Sequence record: NC_047770.1 | DNA: 64,000 bases | Reading direction: 5' to 3' (one strand) | From: Escherichia phage ESCO13 | In this document: in pieces, positions 10,726-20,235 of the stretch | How the letters are laid out: every line of letters begins with the position of its first letter | Position numbering within the stretch: the stretch's first letter is position 1 | Made by a program: the position numbers and the translations under genes | The notes under the pieces: model-generated | Seen by the model: the letters and a program-made list of their open reading frames with translations, nothing else | The model's database searches: none | Told to the model about the DNA's origin: nothing

Positions 10726-11613
10726 TCAGAACGGAATATCATCATCGAAGTCCATTGGAGGTTCTTCTTGATTGCTTGGAGTTGGTTCTGGTTGTGGTTC
10801 AGGTTTCTTAACTTCTTTCTTCTCTTCTTTCTTAGGTTGTTCTGCGGAACCACGAATGGCAGCAGCAACTTTATCAGACAGAGCTAGAACTTTACGAGCA
10901 GAGTCAATCAGATCTTCTACAGATACAGTCTTAATGGTATGGTCTTTACAAGCATTGAGAATAGCGTGACCAACAGATGCCCCAAGATCATAATCATTAA
11001 TATCAACGCCACGAGATTCAGCAATTTCCGATTTCAGCGTGACAGTTGCAGATTGAACAACCCCAGCGATATCGAAAGCATCACCTTTAACACCATTACG
11101 AATCAGTTCCAGTGCACCATTTACTGCGTGACCAGTTTCCAGACCTACAGTATCACGTTTTTTATAGGACTGCTTAGGAGCAGCATCGTTGGAACCTTTA
11201 TTGCCAGAAGATTTGTTAGACTTCTGAACACCATCGGTAGACAATACTGTAATACGAGATTTTTTAGTATTGTAGTAAGTTTTACCGCCTTTATTATCAA
11301 CGCGATCAATATCAATACTTACTTCTACACCTTTTTCAATAGTGATCCAATTATCACCTTCTTTGACTTGCAGGTTTTCATAACCTTCTTTCAGTTCAAT
11401 GTCACCAAGAGAAATCCAAACACCTTTCTCATCTGGTTTAGCACCTTTCTCTTTCAGAACAAGAGAGGCTCGGTGAGTTGAAACAATCGTTTTTCCTTCC
11501 CAATGAAAAGTTTTAGGTTCAGCGAATTTATCCAGTTTAACGTAGTCTACGATACCAGTTGCATAAGTTACGGTTTTGCCTTTACGATCAGTTTCAGTAT
11601 TAATTACGGACAT
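10726..11613 (-). CDS. ssb: single-stranded DNA-binding protein
   Basis: 295 aa; C-terminal acidic tail PPMDFDDDIPF is the same as the E. coli SSB C-terminal tail (from memory); Gly/Lys-rich linker. Confidence 0.8.
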   Translation of the reverse strand: MSVINTETDRKGKTVTYATGIVDYVKLDKFAEPKTFHWEGKTIVSTHRASLVLKEKGAKPDEKGVWISLGDIELKEGYENLQVKEGDNWITIEKGVEVSIDIDRVDNKGGKTYYNTKKSRITVLSTDGVQKSNKSSGNKGSNDAAPKQSYKKRDTVGLETGHAVNGALELIRNGVKGDAFDIAGVVQSATVTLKSEIAESRGVDINDYDLGASVGHAILNACKDHTIKTVSVEDLIDSARKVLALSDKVAAAIRGSAEQPKKEEKKEVKKPEPQPEPTPSNQEEPPMDFDDDIPF

Positions 11614-11629
11614 TATTATCTCCTCTACA

Positions 11630-12022
11630 TTACATTAATTTTGCACAGAAAGAGCGGAGTCTTTCCATATCATCTTGCTCTAACAGGTATTTACCTTTAC
11701 CTATTCCAACTCCAATTTCACCATTAGGAAAATGAACTATTTGCACTGGGAAACCTCCGAGTTTAATTGTGGCAGCTTTGCCTTCTTCGTCTATAACGTT
11801 TCGGATTGTATCTTGCAGTGAAATGAATTCTTTGTTTGTAACAGTGGTTTCAATTATTTCAGATGTTTCGACACGAGCAGTTAGCTTCTTGTTTCCACCT
11901 TGAATAACCAAAATTTGAAAATAAAAAGAGTTGTCAAGACCTACAACATTTTTCTCAACTAGTGTCAAACTGGTGTAGTTTCCATAAACAGTTTCAACAG
12001 CTATCTTAGAACGTTCAGTCAT
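11630..12022 (-). CDS. hypothetical protein
   Basis: 130-aa ORF in the packed early operon. Confidence 0.5.
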   Translation of the reverse strand: MTERSKIAVETVYGNYTSLTLVEKNVVGLDNSFYFQILVIQGGNKKLTARVETSEIIETTVTNKEFISLQDTIRNVIDEEGKAATIKLGGFPVQIVHFPNGEIGVGIGKGKYLLEQDDMERLRSFCAKLM

Positions 12023-12067
12023 TGAATGCTATCCTATCATAAAATGTTTAATATTGTCAAGCTTTAA

Positions 12068-12661
12068 TTACCAAGGAATATCATCTTCTTCCAATCTGGT
12101 ATCTACTTGAGGTGGACGTGGAACCTTAACCTCTTTCACAAAACGAAGATATGGGAAACGTGTAGCAATTTTAATAACGTGTTTGGCATCTTCTCTAACA
12201 TCTTTGTGCAAGAAGCAGATCCCTGTTTCCAAAGTTGTTTCAAAATCTTTAGAGTAATAACAATCCTTCCCATCAAATGCAGCCTGGCAGATGGACAGAT
12301 CAAACTCATTTAGAAAGGTTGTCATTACGCTTGGTTCCATAATCATAAGGTTGCAAAGCTGACCATCACGTTCAAACTCAAAAACGTGTTTAAGACCAGT
12401 AACACCCTCGTAGTTATCCGAAGCTTCTTTGTTTCCTAATTTACGAACATTAGTTCCCATCAAAGCAGATGCAATCAATTCTTGTATTTGCTCTTCTGAT
12501 CGATGTGCAGGAAGAGACGTGTAAAAATCCAGATCACGTCCAGCAATATCAAGAATACGCCAATCACGAACAGCGCCGCCAGCCAAGACAGAATTAGGAT
12601 CAGCAATCTTTAATACGGTAAGAATTTCTTTGGCAATATTGATTTGTTTTGATTTAGTCAT
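12068..12661 (-). CDS. Pol-beta superfamily nucleotidyltransferase (CCA-adding-enzyme head-like)
   Basis: 197 aa; LAGGAVRDWRILDIAGRDLDFY carries the GGAVRD ... DxD nucleotidyltransferase motif; C-terminus EEDDIPW resembles the SSB tail. Confidence 0.6.
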   Translation of the reverse strand: MTKSKQINIAKEILTVLKIADPNSVLAGGAVRDWRILDIAGRDLDFYTSLPAHRSEEQIQELIASALMGTNVRKLGNKEASDNYEGVTGLKHVFEFERDGQLCNLMIMEPSVMTTFLNEFDLSICQAAFDGKDCYYSKDFETTLETGICFLHKDVREDAKHVIKIATRFPYLRFVKEVKVPRPPQVDTRLEEDDIPW

Positions 12662-12872
12662 GGATACGCTCCACAGTTACTTTTACAACATCGTCCATAT
12701 TAATCTCATCCCCCAAGACCTCAATAACACCTTCCTCATAAAGTCGAGCACATTCTTCCCACACTTCAGCTTCCGTCATTCCGCCTGCAATCTTATTTGC
12801 AAGACCTTTAATAACATCTTCATTTTGTTCATCAACAAGAATTGAAACATTAAAGCTCACTAATTTACGCAT
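12654..12872 (-). CDS. hypothetical protein
   Basis: 72-aa ORF; RBS AAGGAG upstream. Confidence 0.5.
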   Translation of the reverse strand: MRKLVSFNVSILVDEQNEDVIKGLANKIAGGMTEAEVWEECARLYEEGVIEVLGDEINMDDVVKVTVERIHD

Positions 12873-12882
12873 TGTTTTCTCC

Positions 12883-13050
12883 TTATACTTCTAAACGGAA
12901 AGTTTCTTTAGATACAAAATCGTATCCACCTTTTTCAAGCCAGTCATTGTAAACCTCATCGGCTTGAGACTCTATCATAAAATACCGAGTGATAACTTCG
13001 TCTCCGACAATACGCACAATTTTATAGCAAATCATGATACCATTTCCCAT
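12883..13050 (-). CDS. small hypothetical protein (below the ORF-track length cutoff)
   Basis: 55-aa ORF MGNGIMICYK...; start overlaps the upstream stop (TAATG) and its stop lies just before the RBS of the next gene. Confidence 0.35.
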   Translation of the reverse strand: MGNGIMICYKIVRIVGDEVITRYFMIESQADEVYNDWLEKGGYDFVSKETFRLEV

Positions 13051-13241
13051 TAATCTTCCTCCAGATCAATTTCATTATAACAATGTATGCAGAAACCATC
13101 ATTGTGCATATGTTGTTCATAGGACATATCTTTACCACAAGACCAACAACGGATATCCCCATCGTCCCATTCACGTTCTTCTTCACCTTCAAATTCATCT
13201 GGTAGGTAAGGCATACCAAGACAATCTAAATCGTAATGCAT
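13050..13241 (-). CDS. small Cys-rich (zinc-binding) protein
   Basis: 63 aa with CWSC ... CIHC pairs. Confidence 0.5.
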   Translation of the reverse strand: MHYDLDCLGMPYLPDEFEGEEEREWDDGDIRCWSCGKDMSYEQHMHNDGFCIHCYNEIDLEED

Positions 13242-13289
13242 ATCTCCTCCTATAAAGGGGCAGAAGCCCCTTATAAAACAATGAGTTAA

Positions 13290-15887
13290 CTAGTGACAGG
13301 ACGCCCAGGAGTTACCCACATCATATCCGGCAGTAAGCTGAACATTAAGATTGTAAAATTCTCCAGCCTTAGTAACAGCTAAAGCAGCAAGTTCACCTGC
13401 CCGACTATAGGCTGTAAACCATCCACCTTTGGGAGATTCATGAATGTTAGCCCAAATTTGCCCTGTCTCTTTTTCCTTATTATGCTTCCATTCTTCAACT
13501 TTAGCAAGGCATTCTTTATCAATTTTCTTTTGTTCTTCAGGATCGTCTACTTTCTTCCAACCTAATGATTCAGGTGAAAACCATTTGAATTCTACAAGGT
13601 TACGAGAAACTTCAAGCTGGGCTTCATCGTGATATGCAATCATTTGTTGCACGAAGTCTTTATTCTTCCAGTCATCTTTAAAGAAGTCAACACTTAGCCC
13701 TTCTTCTTCGATCATGTCGTCATAAATAACCATTGCACGTTTAGCACAGATAACCCCACCACTTTGGAACAGAGAGTTAAGAATCGCGTGAGCAGAACGA
13801 GTAGGAACCTTACGACCGTCAATACCCAAAACATACTGTTTACCAGTCTTAACCCAGAAATCGTTTAAACGTTCTTTAAGACGCGCCAGTGGGAATGCAG
13901 CTTCCCAGAAAGCATCGAACACCAGTTGCCCTGTGTATTTATCGCTACCAATTGTTTTAGCAACCTTGTCTGCTTGTGCACCATAAGTGATCCCGTATTT
14001 AACAGATTTCGCCGGACTACGTTCAAACTTACGCCCAATAGTATCTGTAATACGTTTTGCCATCATGGTATGAACATCGTTAGGCTTCTCTAACAAGAGA
14101 GCGTTACAGTATTCATGAGGCTCCGGTTCGTAGCGCCAACAATAATGCGACTCAATCTTTGCTTCCAAAGAGTCGAAGTCATAACCGATCTGGAAGTATT
14201 TAGGAACTTCTACACCAAACAAGTTACGCATCTCCCATCCAAACAAAGATGTGACACGAGGGATATTGGCTACAGACCTATGCTTCATACGAGAGGTTGC
14301 AGCATCACATGTAGCGGCTGGTGTAGGAATACGCCCATCCGCCCTTACTGCGGCTAAGAAACCTTTATCGTATTCTTGATCTTCTTCATCTTCTTCCCAA
14401 TCAGCACCGCCACCTAAAATAGAGTTCCTACGATGCTTATACGTTAAGTATTCTACAATCTGAGTAGCATAAGGAAATTTCTCACCCAAAGCTTGCAGGT
14501 TAGGACAGATTTCTTTTTCCTGACCTTTGGTAAAACATGGGTTAGTCAATACTTTAAGACCGCGACCTTTACCTTTTGCTATACGCTCTTGAATCTTCCT
14601 TTCCAAGGTTTCCGGTGTGCACTCCAGATGATCACAACGATCCTGACAAAAATTAGAAGATAGAGTTTGCTCAACGTAAGCTCGAATACCTTTCTGAAGT
14701 TCTTCCTCGCTCTTTTTAATCTTGGTGCCAGATTTAAGAGTCAAGTCTTTATCTTTATATTCAGACGGTACCCAACCTAATCCTACAAGCCAGTTTTTAA
14801 TATGGGTTGTATCGTTCAATGTTGCAGGGATGTTAGGATCACATAGAGGTTCATCTGCTGCAACTGGCAGTTTCCACTCTTTCCCCAACATAACTAACCA
14901 CCAATCGCCATCCCTCTCTTCCAAATGACCATCATGCTTCTTAGCAAAATTGATCATATGGTTAGTTGGCTCTAAGTTCTTTTTAATTTGCAACTTAGGT
15001 GGAATAAAAGCCTTAAGATAGCCTTTTGTTGCTGGTTTAGGTGGCAAAATAGGCTCAACGAGTAAACGAAGACGCTCCATTTCTGCATCCAAAAAAGCAA
15101 GGTTCTCTTCTGCTTGCTTCATGTTAAAAGCAAACCCACGGTGTTCCTGGCGTGTGATAATGTCTGCTACACGTTGTTCAAGTTCAAATGGACCTTCCCA
15201 TTTATCATAATCACCCCATTCTTCCATAAGGTAGTTATATACGCTCGTATTGGCTTTGTTGTCATAGATACAGTAATAAAGCATATCCGCAGCAAAAGTC
15301 TTAAATCGATCTTCTTCTGGAATCTCTTTACGGAAATCTATTTTTACATCACCACCTGCTTTTCGAGAAAGTGCTGCCAAGCTATGTCCTGATTTGCCCT
15401 CAATCTTTCGATCTGGGTTTAACACTTTACTCAAAATCAAGGAGTCAATAAGTTTTACCTTATTTTTGCCCCACGTATTATATTTAACACTGTAATCTAA
15501 TCCATAAAACAGTTTTGTAGCCAACCAGTCGTAGTTGATACCGTTGTGAGCCACAGCCATTTCAACCAGATATTCAGGCTTGTCTTTAAAATAACCTTCA
15601 TGATTAATAAAGTCTGGGAAATCTTTTAGTTGAAAATGCGTGTAATCTTGCGCCACATACTCTTTAAGAACATATGTGTATTTACCATCTGACTCTTCAT
15701 AAGGACGCCCATCAAAGATGTATTTAGGGCCATCGTGGAAAGCTACTATTTCTCCTGTTTCATGGTTCTCTAAGACAATACAGTGCATTTGAAATGTGTC
15801 TTTGAGACGATAAGGACTAGCTAAATAATCAATAGTGTCATTATTCAACAATCCGTTTGCTTCAATATCCCATGTAAACTTACTCAC
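13290..15887 (-). CDS. DNA polymerase, family A, with 3-prime to 5-prime exonuclease domain
   Basis: 865 aa; Exo I WDIEANGL; motif B RSPAKSVKYGITYG (R..AK..YG); motif C HDEAQLEV. Confidence 0.9.
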   Translation of the reverse strand: MSKFTWDIEANGLLNNDTIDYLASPYRLKDTFQMHCIVLENHETGEIVAFHDGPKYIFDGRPYEESDGKYTYVLKEYVAQDYTHFQLKDFPDFINHEGYFKDKPEYLVEMAVAHNGINYDWLATKLFYGLDYSVKYNTWGKNKVKLIDSLILSKVLNPDRKIEGKSGHSLAALSRKAGGDVKIDFRKEIPEEDRFKTFAADMLYYCIYDNKANTSVYNYLMEEWGDYDKWEGPFELEQRVADIITRQEHRGFAFNMKQAEENLAFLDAEMERLRLLVEPILPPKPATKGYLKAFIPPKLQIKKNLEPTNHMINFAKKHDGHLEERDGDWWLVMLGKEWKLPVAADEPLCDPNIPATLNDTTHIKNWLVGLGWVPSEYKDKDLTLKSGTKIKKSEEELQKGIRAYVEQTLSSNFCQDRCDHLECTPETLERKIQERIAKGKGRGLKVLTNPCFTKGQEKEICPNLQALGEKFPYATQIVEYLTYKHRRNSILGGGADWEEDEEDQEYDKGFLAAVRADGRIPTPAATCDAATSRMKHRSVANIPRVTSLFGWEMRNLFGVEVPKYFQIGYDFDSLEAKIESHYCWRYEPEPHEYCNALLLEKPNDVHTMMAKRITDTIGRKFERSPAKSVKYGITYGAQADKVAKTIGSDKYTGQLVFDAFWEAAFPLARLKERLNDFWVKTGKQYVLGIDGRKVPTRSAHAILNSLFQSGGVICAKRAMVIYDDMIEEEGLSVDFFKDDWKNKDFVQQMIAYHDEAQLEVSRNLVEFKWFSPESLGWKKVDDPEEQKKIDKECLAKVEEWKHNKEKETGQIWANIHESPKGGWFTAYSRAGELAALAVTKAGEFYNLNVQLTAGYDVGNSWASCH

Positions 15888-16681
15888 TATTCCTCCTTTC
15901 TAATGTTCTCCAGAACCCACTGAAGTTCTTTTAAACTTAAACTTCTTACTCCCGCAGTTTTACTAGCTTCAGCTTTAAGTAACGGGTAAGCCTCAATGAT
16001 ACGCGTTTTAAGATCAGAAGTCAAGGCTTTTAAAAAATAGGTAGATGCTTCAGATAAAGAATCTTCTTCTGATAACACTTTACCTGCACTTGCTCCCGCT
16101 CTCCTAACGGCTATATCGTAGTCTTTACTGTTACCTAATACGAATAGTCGATTCTCTCCTAAAACAACGGGAGAACGCTTCTCGTTGCGTTTAATCCATA
16201 TCTGGAATACACAAGGAACATCCCAAGGTTCTCCATGAAGAATAAAAGATCCTTTTGGACATTCTTCTTCGTAAAGAAGATGCATGTGGGGATTTAGTTT
16301 GTGTGCAAAAAAGATTTTTTGAAATGTGCGAGGCAAGATAAAACAAATACCACCTTCGTTATCCAACATTTCAGCACAATGGTTAAAGAACTTAATGGCA
16401 AGACTAGCATTTTTTCCAAACGGAGGATTACCGACAAAAGCAGTTACACTACCAACAGACTCTACAGATTGAGCTAAAAAATCTGCCTCAATACAATCTT
16501 CAAACTTAGGATCAATATCAAAAGAAGTTATGTTTTTAAAACAAGAAGAGAAAGCTCCTTCTCCCGCAGATGGTTCTACGTAGTTAGCTTCCTCTCCAAA
16601 AATTTCTTTGATCTTATCACATAAGAACCCCGCATAAGCGGGGTTAGTGTAATATTGATCAAGTGTGTTCAACTTGCTCAA
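15887..16681 (-). CDS. DNA N6-adenine/N4-cytosine methyltransferase (amino-methyltransferase class)
   Basis: 264 aa; SAM motif VEPSAGEGAF followed by catalytic FVGNPPF (NPPF). Confidence 0.75.
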   Translation of the reverse strand: MSKLNTLDQYYTNPAYAGFLCDKIKEIFGEEANYVEPSAGEGAFSSCFKNITSFDIDPKFEDCIEADFLAQSVESVGSVTAFVGNPPFGKNASLAIKFFNHCAEMLDNEGGICFILPRTFQKIFFAHKLNPHMHLLYEEECPKGSFILHGEPWDVPCVFQIWIKRNEKRSPVVLGENRLFVLGNSKDYDIAVRRAGASAGKVLSEEDSLSEASTYFLKALTSDLKTRIIEAYPLLKAEASKTAGVRSLSLKELQWVLENIRKEE

Positions 16682-16690
16682 TAGTCCTCC

Positions 16691-17122
16691 TTAGTTGTTA
16701 GCGAACTCAATAGTGAGGTCAACTTTACCATCGTCAGAAATAACCATGTTTTTGGTATTTTTAAAGATGATATCTACTTTACCTTCACTTACACGACAGA
16801 ATGCAACACCATCTGCAACTTTATCGATATAATATTTGTAAGAAAGAATACCCACTTTACTACGACCAGCACCTTTTGTGAAAGAAGGGCTTACATCGAA
16901 ACGGAAACCTTTAGAAGAAACAACACGGTAAGAACGTCCAGTTGGAAGATGTTCAATAACAGAGACATTGTTCTCAACAACTTTTACAGCAAACTCTTCA
17001 GGATGATCCTCAACAATCATATGTGGGATGGCAAATGCCAACGCTTGTTTGTGTTTAATAACACCAGCACCCAGAGCACCAGCAGCTTTAACTTTTGCAT
17101 TCAGATCGATTGTCATACGCAT
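16691..17122 (-). CDS. hypothetical protein
   Basis: 143-aa ORF; RBS AGAGGAG; downstream of a consensus sigma70 promoter. Confidence 0.55.
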   Translation of the reverse strand: MRMTIDLNAKVKAAGALGAGVIKHKQALAFAIPHMIVEDHPEEFAVKVVENNVSVIEHLPTGRSYRVVSSKGFRFDVSPSFTKGAGRSKVGILSYKYYIDKVADGVAFCRVSEGKVDIIFKNTKNMVISDDGKVDLTIEFANN

Positions 17123-17155
17123 TTTTACTTCTCCTCTTGTTTGGTTGATGAGACA

Positions 17156-17184
17156 AGTATAAGTCCCTTCCGCAAAGTTGTCAA
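17156..17184 (-). promoter_or_regulatory. sigma70-type promoter TTGACA-N17-TATACT
   Basis: Minus-strand -35 at 17184-17179 and -10 at 17161-17156; drives the 16691 gene and likely the methyltransferase and polymerase. Confidence 0.5.
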
Positions 17185-17198
17185 CAGGTATTTTTAAT

Positions 17199-17214
17199 AA
17201 AAGGGCCGAAGCCC
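17199..17214 (-). terminator. hairpin / putative terminator after the primase-helicase gene
   Basis: Minus-strand AAGGGC-TTCG-GCCCTT followed by TTTATTAAAAA. Confidence 0.4.
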
Positions 17215-18993
17215 TTAGTAGTTGCTATCCGTAGGCAAATTAGCAGGATTGTTGAAATACTGCTCTTTGTCATGCAGAGTTGCAGTTCTAATGTCATAGT
17301 AAAACTGCCCTGCCGGACCAGTTTCCGAGAACTCACGGTTTTTTAGGATAAAGCAATGAGTCGTATTGCGTTCTACAGGGTCTTCAGCGGCTTTATCTCG
17401 TTCCAAAGCCAAGGTAATACCAGCACCTTTAGCCAAGAAACTACTACCCATTGCATCGTCCTCTGTTAAGTGTTCATTGCCACCATTAGCCGATTTCTTA
17501 ACGTGTGAGATGACGATAATAGTTATAGCATACTCTTTCATGATGCGCTTCAACCATGTTGCTAACTCTTCCTGGGCTTGAACATCCATACCAGAAAGCA
17601 AATCAGAATAAGGGTCGATAACAAGAATTGTTACTCCAAAATAGATGATCATCTCCAAAACTTTTTCTTTGATAGACTCCACATCTGCTCCACGATCATC
17701 ACACACATAAAAACGTGGTGATCCATCTTCTCTTTCGTAAAAATCTAGGATTTTTTCTTTATTCTCTTCCAAGATTTGAAATTTCTCTTCCGGTGTTTTC
17801 CTGTGTAGAGGAATATGCAGGAACGAGGACAACAGGTTACGAGAATACTTCTTATAAGTTGCTTCCAAGGACAGAATGCCTAGGGTATGTTCTGGGTGCG
17901 CAACAATGATATGTTTGGTGATCTCGTTCACCATCAAAGTTTTACCGATACTGGTCTTTGCCAGGATGACTGTAATCTCTTCCTCTACTAAACCACCACC
18001 CAGCATATTTGCAGCAACACGCATAAAAGGAGGCAAGGTAATCATCTTGGATTCCAAGCATTCTAATGCAGCTTCATACAAGACATTAGAAGCATAAACA
18101 CCTGCTGGGGTGTATAGACGAGCACTCCAAAAAGCTTTTACGAAATCTTTTGCACGACCTTCTTCCAGATATTGATTGGCATCCTTAAGATCCATCTGCA
18201 TACGGTAGACTTTGTTACGAGGCAGCACCTTAACAATATTTTCAAATGCCTCATTACCTGCTTTGTCATTATCCATGCAAACAATAATCTTCTTAAATTT
18301 TTCAAAGAAAGGGTATTGTGCCTGAACTTGTTTATACATACTGGTTTCACCAGTTGTGCCACTTACTACGGCTGGAAGCTCATATTTACTGTCCAAGTTT
18401 TCAGATAGCATTTGATAAGCTGCCAGAGCATCGTGTTCACCACCTGTAATTACAACAGTATGAGAACGGTCTGCAAAACGAATTTGTCCAAAAAGATCTA
18501 CATCTTTACCTACTTGACCAATAGGTTTACTGAAATCTTTAGGATGAATACGACGCTTAAAACCAACCAATTCTTTACCGATGGTAGTCGGATATAAACA
18601 ACTTTCTACTACCATCTGATCTCCTTCCTGACGGTATTCATAACGAACACCATAGAAAGATGAAACTTTTTCTTTAATGCCTCGATAACCACGTGGGTTG
18701 GTTGATGTTTCTTGAACAATTTTACGATGAATCTGTTTATTAAATTCCGAACCCACAATCTCCTCCTCTTCTTCTAAAACTTCACCATTTTCTCGTAACC
18801 ATTCTACGCTAGGAATAGTGTATTCACACGCAAAGCACTTAGCACCTTTATGCTCTCCATTAGAATCTAATCCGTAAACCATCAGGTTATTACGAGAGCG
18901 ATCCTTGCCATTTTTCATGCAGCGCGGACAACCTGTATGTCCTTCCTTGCTAAGATCAACATCAAATCCATATTTAGTTATAATGTGCGACAC
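17215..18993 (-). CDS. primase-helicase (T7 gp4-like)
   Basis: 592 aa; N-terminal zinc ribbon CPRC...CFAC, TOPRIM-like middle, DnaB-type Walker A AKTSIGKT. Confidence 0.85.
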   Translation of the reverse strand: MSHIITKYGFDVDLSKEGHTGCPRCMKNGKDRSRNNLMVYGLDSNGEHKGAKCFACEYTIPSVEWLRENGEVLEEEEEIVGSEFNKQIHRKIVQETSTNPRGYRGIKEKVSSFYGVRYEYRQEGDQMVVESCLYPTTIGKELVGFKRRIHPKDFSKPIGQVGKDVDLFGQIRFADRSHTVVITGGEHDALAAYQMLSENLDSKYELPAVVSGTTGETSMYKQVQAQYPFFEKFKKIIVCMDNDKAGNEAFENIVKVLPRNKVYRMQMDLKDANQYLEEGRAKDFVKAFWSARLYTPAGVYASNVLYEAALECLESKMITLPPFMRVAANMLGGGLVEEEITVILAKTSIGKTLMVNEITKHIIVAHPEHTLGILSLEATYKKYSRNLLSSFLHIPLHRKTPEEKFQILEENKEKILDFYEREDGSPRFYVCDDRGADVESIKEKVLEMIIYFGVTILVIDPYSDLLSGMDVQAQEELATWLKRIMKEYAITIIVISHVKKSANGGNEHLTEDDAMGSSFLAKGAGITLALERDKAAEDPVERNTTHCFILKNREFSETGPAGQFYYDIRTATLHDKEQYFNNPANLPTDSNY

Positions 18994-19005
18994 TTTGTTC
19001 TCCTG

Positions 19006-19284
19006 TTAAAATGGTTCGTTAGTCTCCATCATATATTCTGCTTCTAGTTCTTCCATGTGCTTTCTAAATTGGAAAGCAATTTCTGCTACAGTTACATTTA
19101 AATCTTTTTCAAAAACTTCTGTAGATCCTTCATAAAAACGAATACCGTCAATTAAAAGCCCTCCGTGGTAATCCCAATCGCTTTCACGAGAAAGTGGATT
19201 AGGTTCTTCATAATAGTAATCCACCTCCACGACCAAGGCTTTCCCGTTACGAGTGGTGTATTCAAAATCAAAAGTGTTAATCAT
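19006..19284 (-). CDS. hypothetical protein
   Basis: 92-aa ORF; ATGA-type overlap with the downstream gene. Confidence 0.5.
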   Translation of the reverse strand: MINTFDFEYTTRNGKALVVEVDYYYEEPNPLSRESDWDYHGGLLIDGIRFYEGSTEVFEKDLNVTVAEIAFQFRKHMEELEAEYMMETNEPF

Positions 19285-20228
19285 TATAGCTCCTCAAATA
19301 AAAGTCTACGACGCTCATTCAACACATCAATGTGATAATGAGTCCTGACATACTTAGCTAATGCTAATCCTTTCTCCATGCAAACATCGGGAGCACTTAA
19401 TAAGTATTCCGTAATATCTTTCCACTCGGAAGGTGTTTCAGCAAAGAATAACAAATCTTTAAACTCTTGTGTATGATAATTCTCACGAGGAGAGCAGATT
19501 AAAGGTAAACCCTTAGCACCTGCCTCAAGAATTTTAAGATTGCTTTTTGCATTATTAAACACGTTATCGACCAATGGTGCAAGACTGATTTGATGACCAT
19601 CGTAAGATTCCATGTAGTTGGCATATGGTCTTACACCTTCATAAACACTAGTTGGTGCTACATTTTCTCTAATTACAGACCATTCACGACTACTTAAAAC
19701 TTCAGAATCCCTACGAAAACCACATATTGTAAGATCTTTACCAAAATCGGGCAAGATAGCCAAATCTTGTTTATGTGTTTCACTTCCAGCCCAGACTAAT
19801 GGAGTTTTGGAGTAGCGATCACGGGTCAACACAAATTGACCTTCATCGTAAGGAAGTCCATTAGGGATTATGTGCACATTATCATTGTATTGTGAAAGTT
19901 CAACTTGCAAAGCAGGTGTCGTAGTTGTAACAAGATCACTGTGCTCTAAAAACCATTTTAAATGTTCACGAATACCTGATTCAAAAATACCTTCTAACAT
20001 GTGTCCTTTTGGAATAACTAAAGAGTCATCCAAATCCATAACCATTTTAAAGCCCAGGTTTTTAAGGGCTAAAAAGCCCTCTTTACCTTTTGTTGGCACT
20101 CCGTTAAAAACGAAAACGTTGTATTTAGGTTGTGAAGAGAACTGCCTTGAGTAAGGCAGCACTACCCTATGGAAATCGCAGACACTATAATTGATTCCGT
20201 TACGATTGTCAAGAATTATTTGTCCCAT
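19284..20228 (-). CDS. putative glycosyltransferase (paralog 1)
   Basis: 314 aa; shares CD(F/Y)HR(V/I)V(L/I)P(Y/F) and NLKILEAGAKG(L/I)P(L/I)(I/V)CS with the next gene; E-x7-E-like region typical of GT-B enzymes. Confidence 0.55.
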   Translation of the reverse strand: MGQIILDNRNGINYSVCDFHRVVLPYSRQFSSQPKYNVFVFNGVPTKGKEGFLALKNLGFKMVMDLDDSLVIPKGHMLEGIFESGIREHLKWFLEHSDLVTTTTPALQVELSQYNDNVHIIPNGLPYDEGQFVLTRDRYSKTPLVWAGSETHKQDLAILPDFGKDLTICGFRRDSEVLSSREWSVIRENVAPTSVYEGVRPYANYMESYDGHQISLAPLVDNVFNNAKSNLKILEAGAKGLPLICSPRENYHTQEFKDLLFFAETPSEWKDITEYLLSAPDVCMEKGLALAKYVRTHYHIDVLNERRRLLFEEL

Positions 20229-20235
20229 ACTTCAC

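Noticed and set aside
10772-11481. Plus-strand track ORFs (65 and 180 aa) antisense to the SSB gene
   Set aside because: Shadow ORFs opposite a strongly supported gene; low-complexity products, no RBS.
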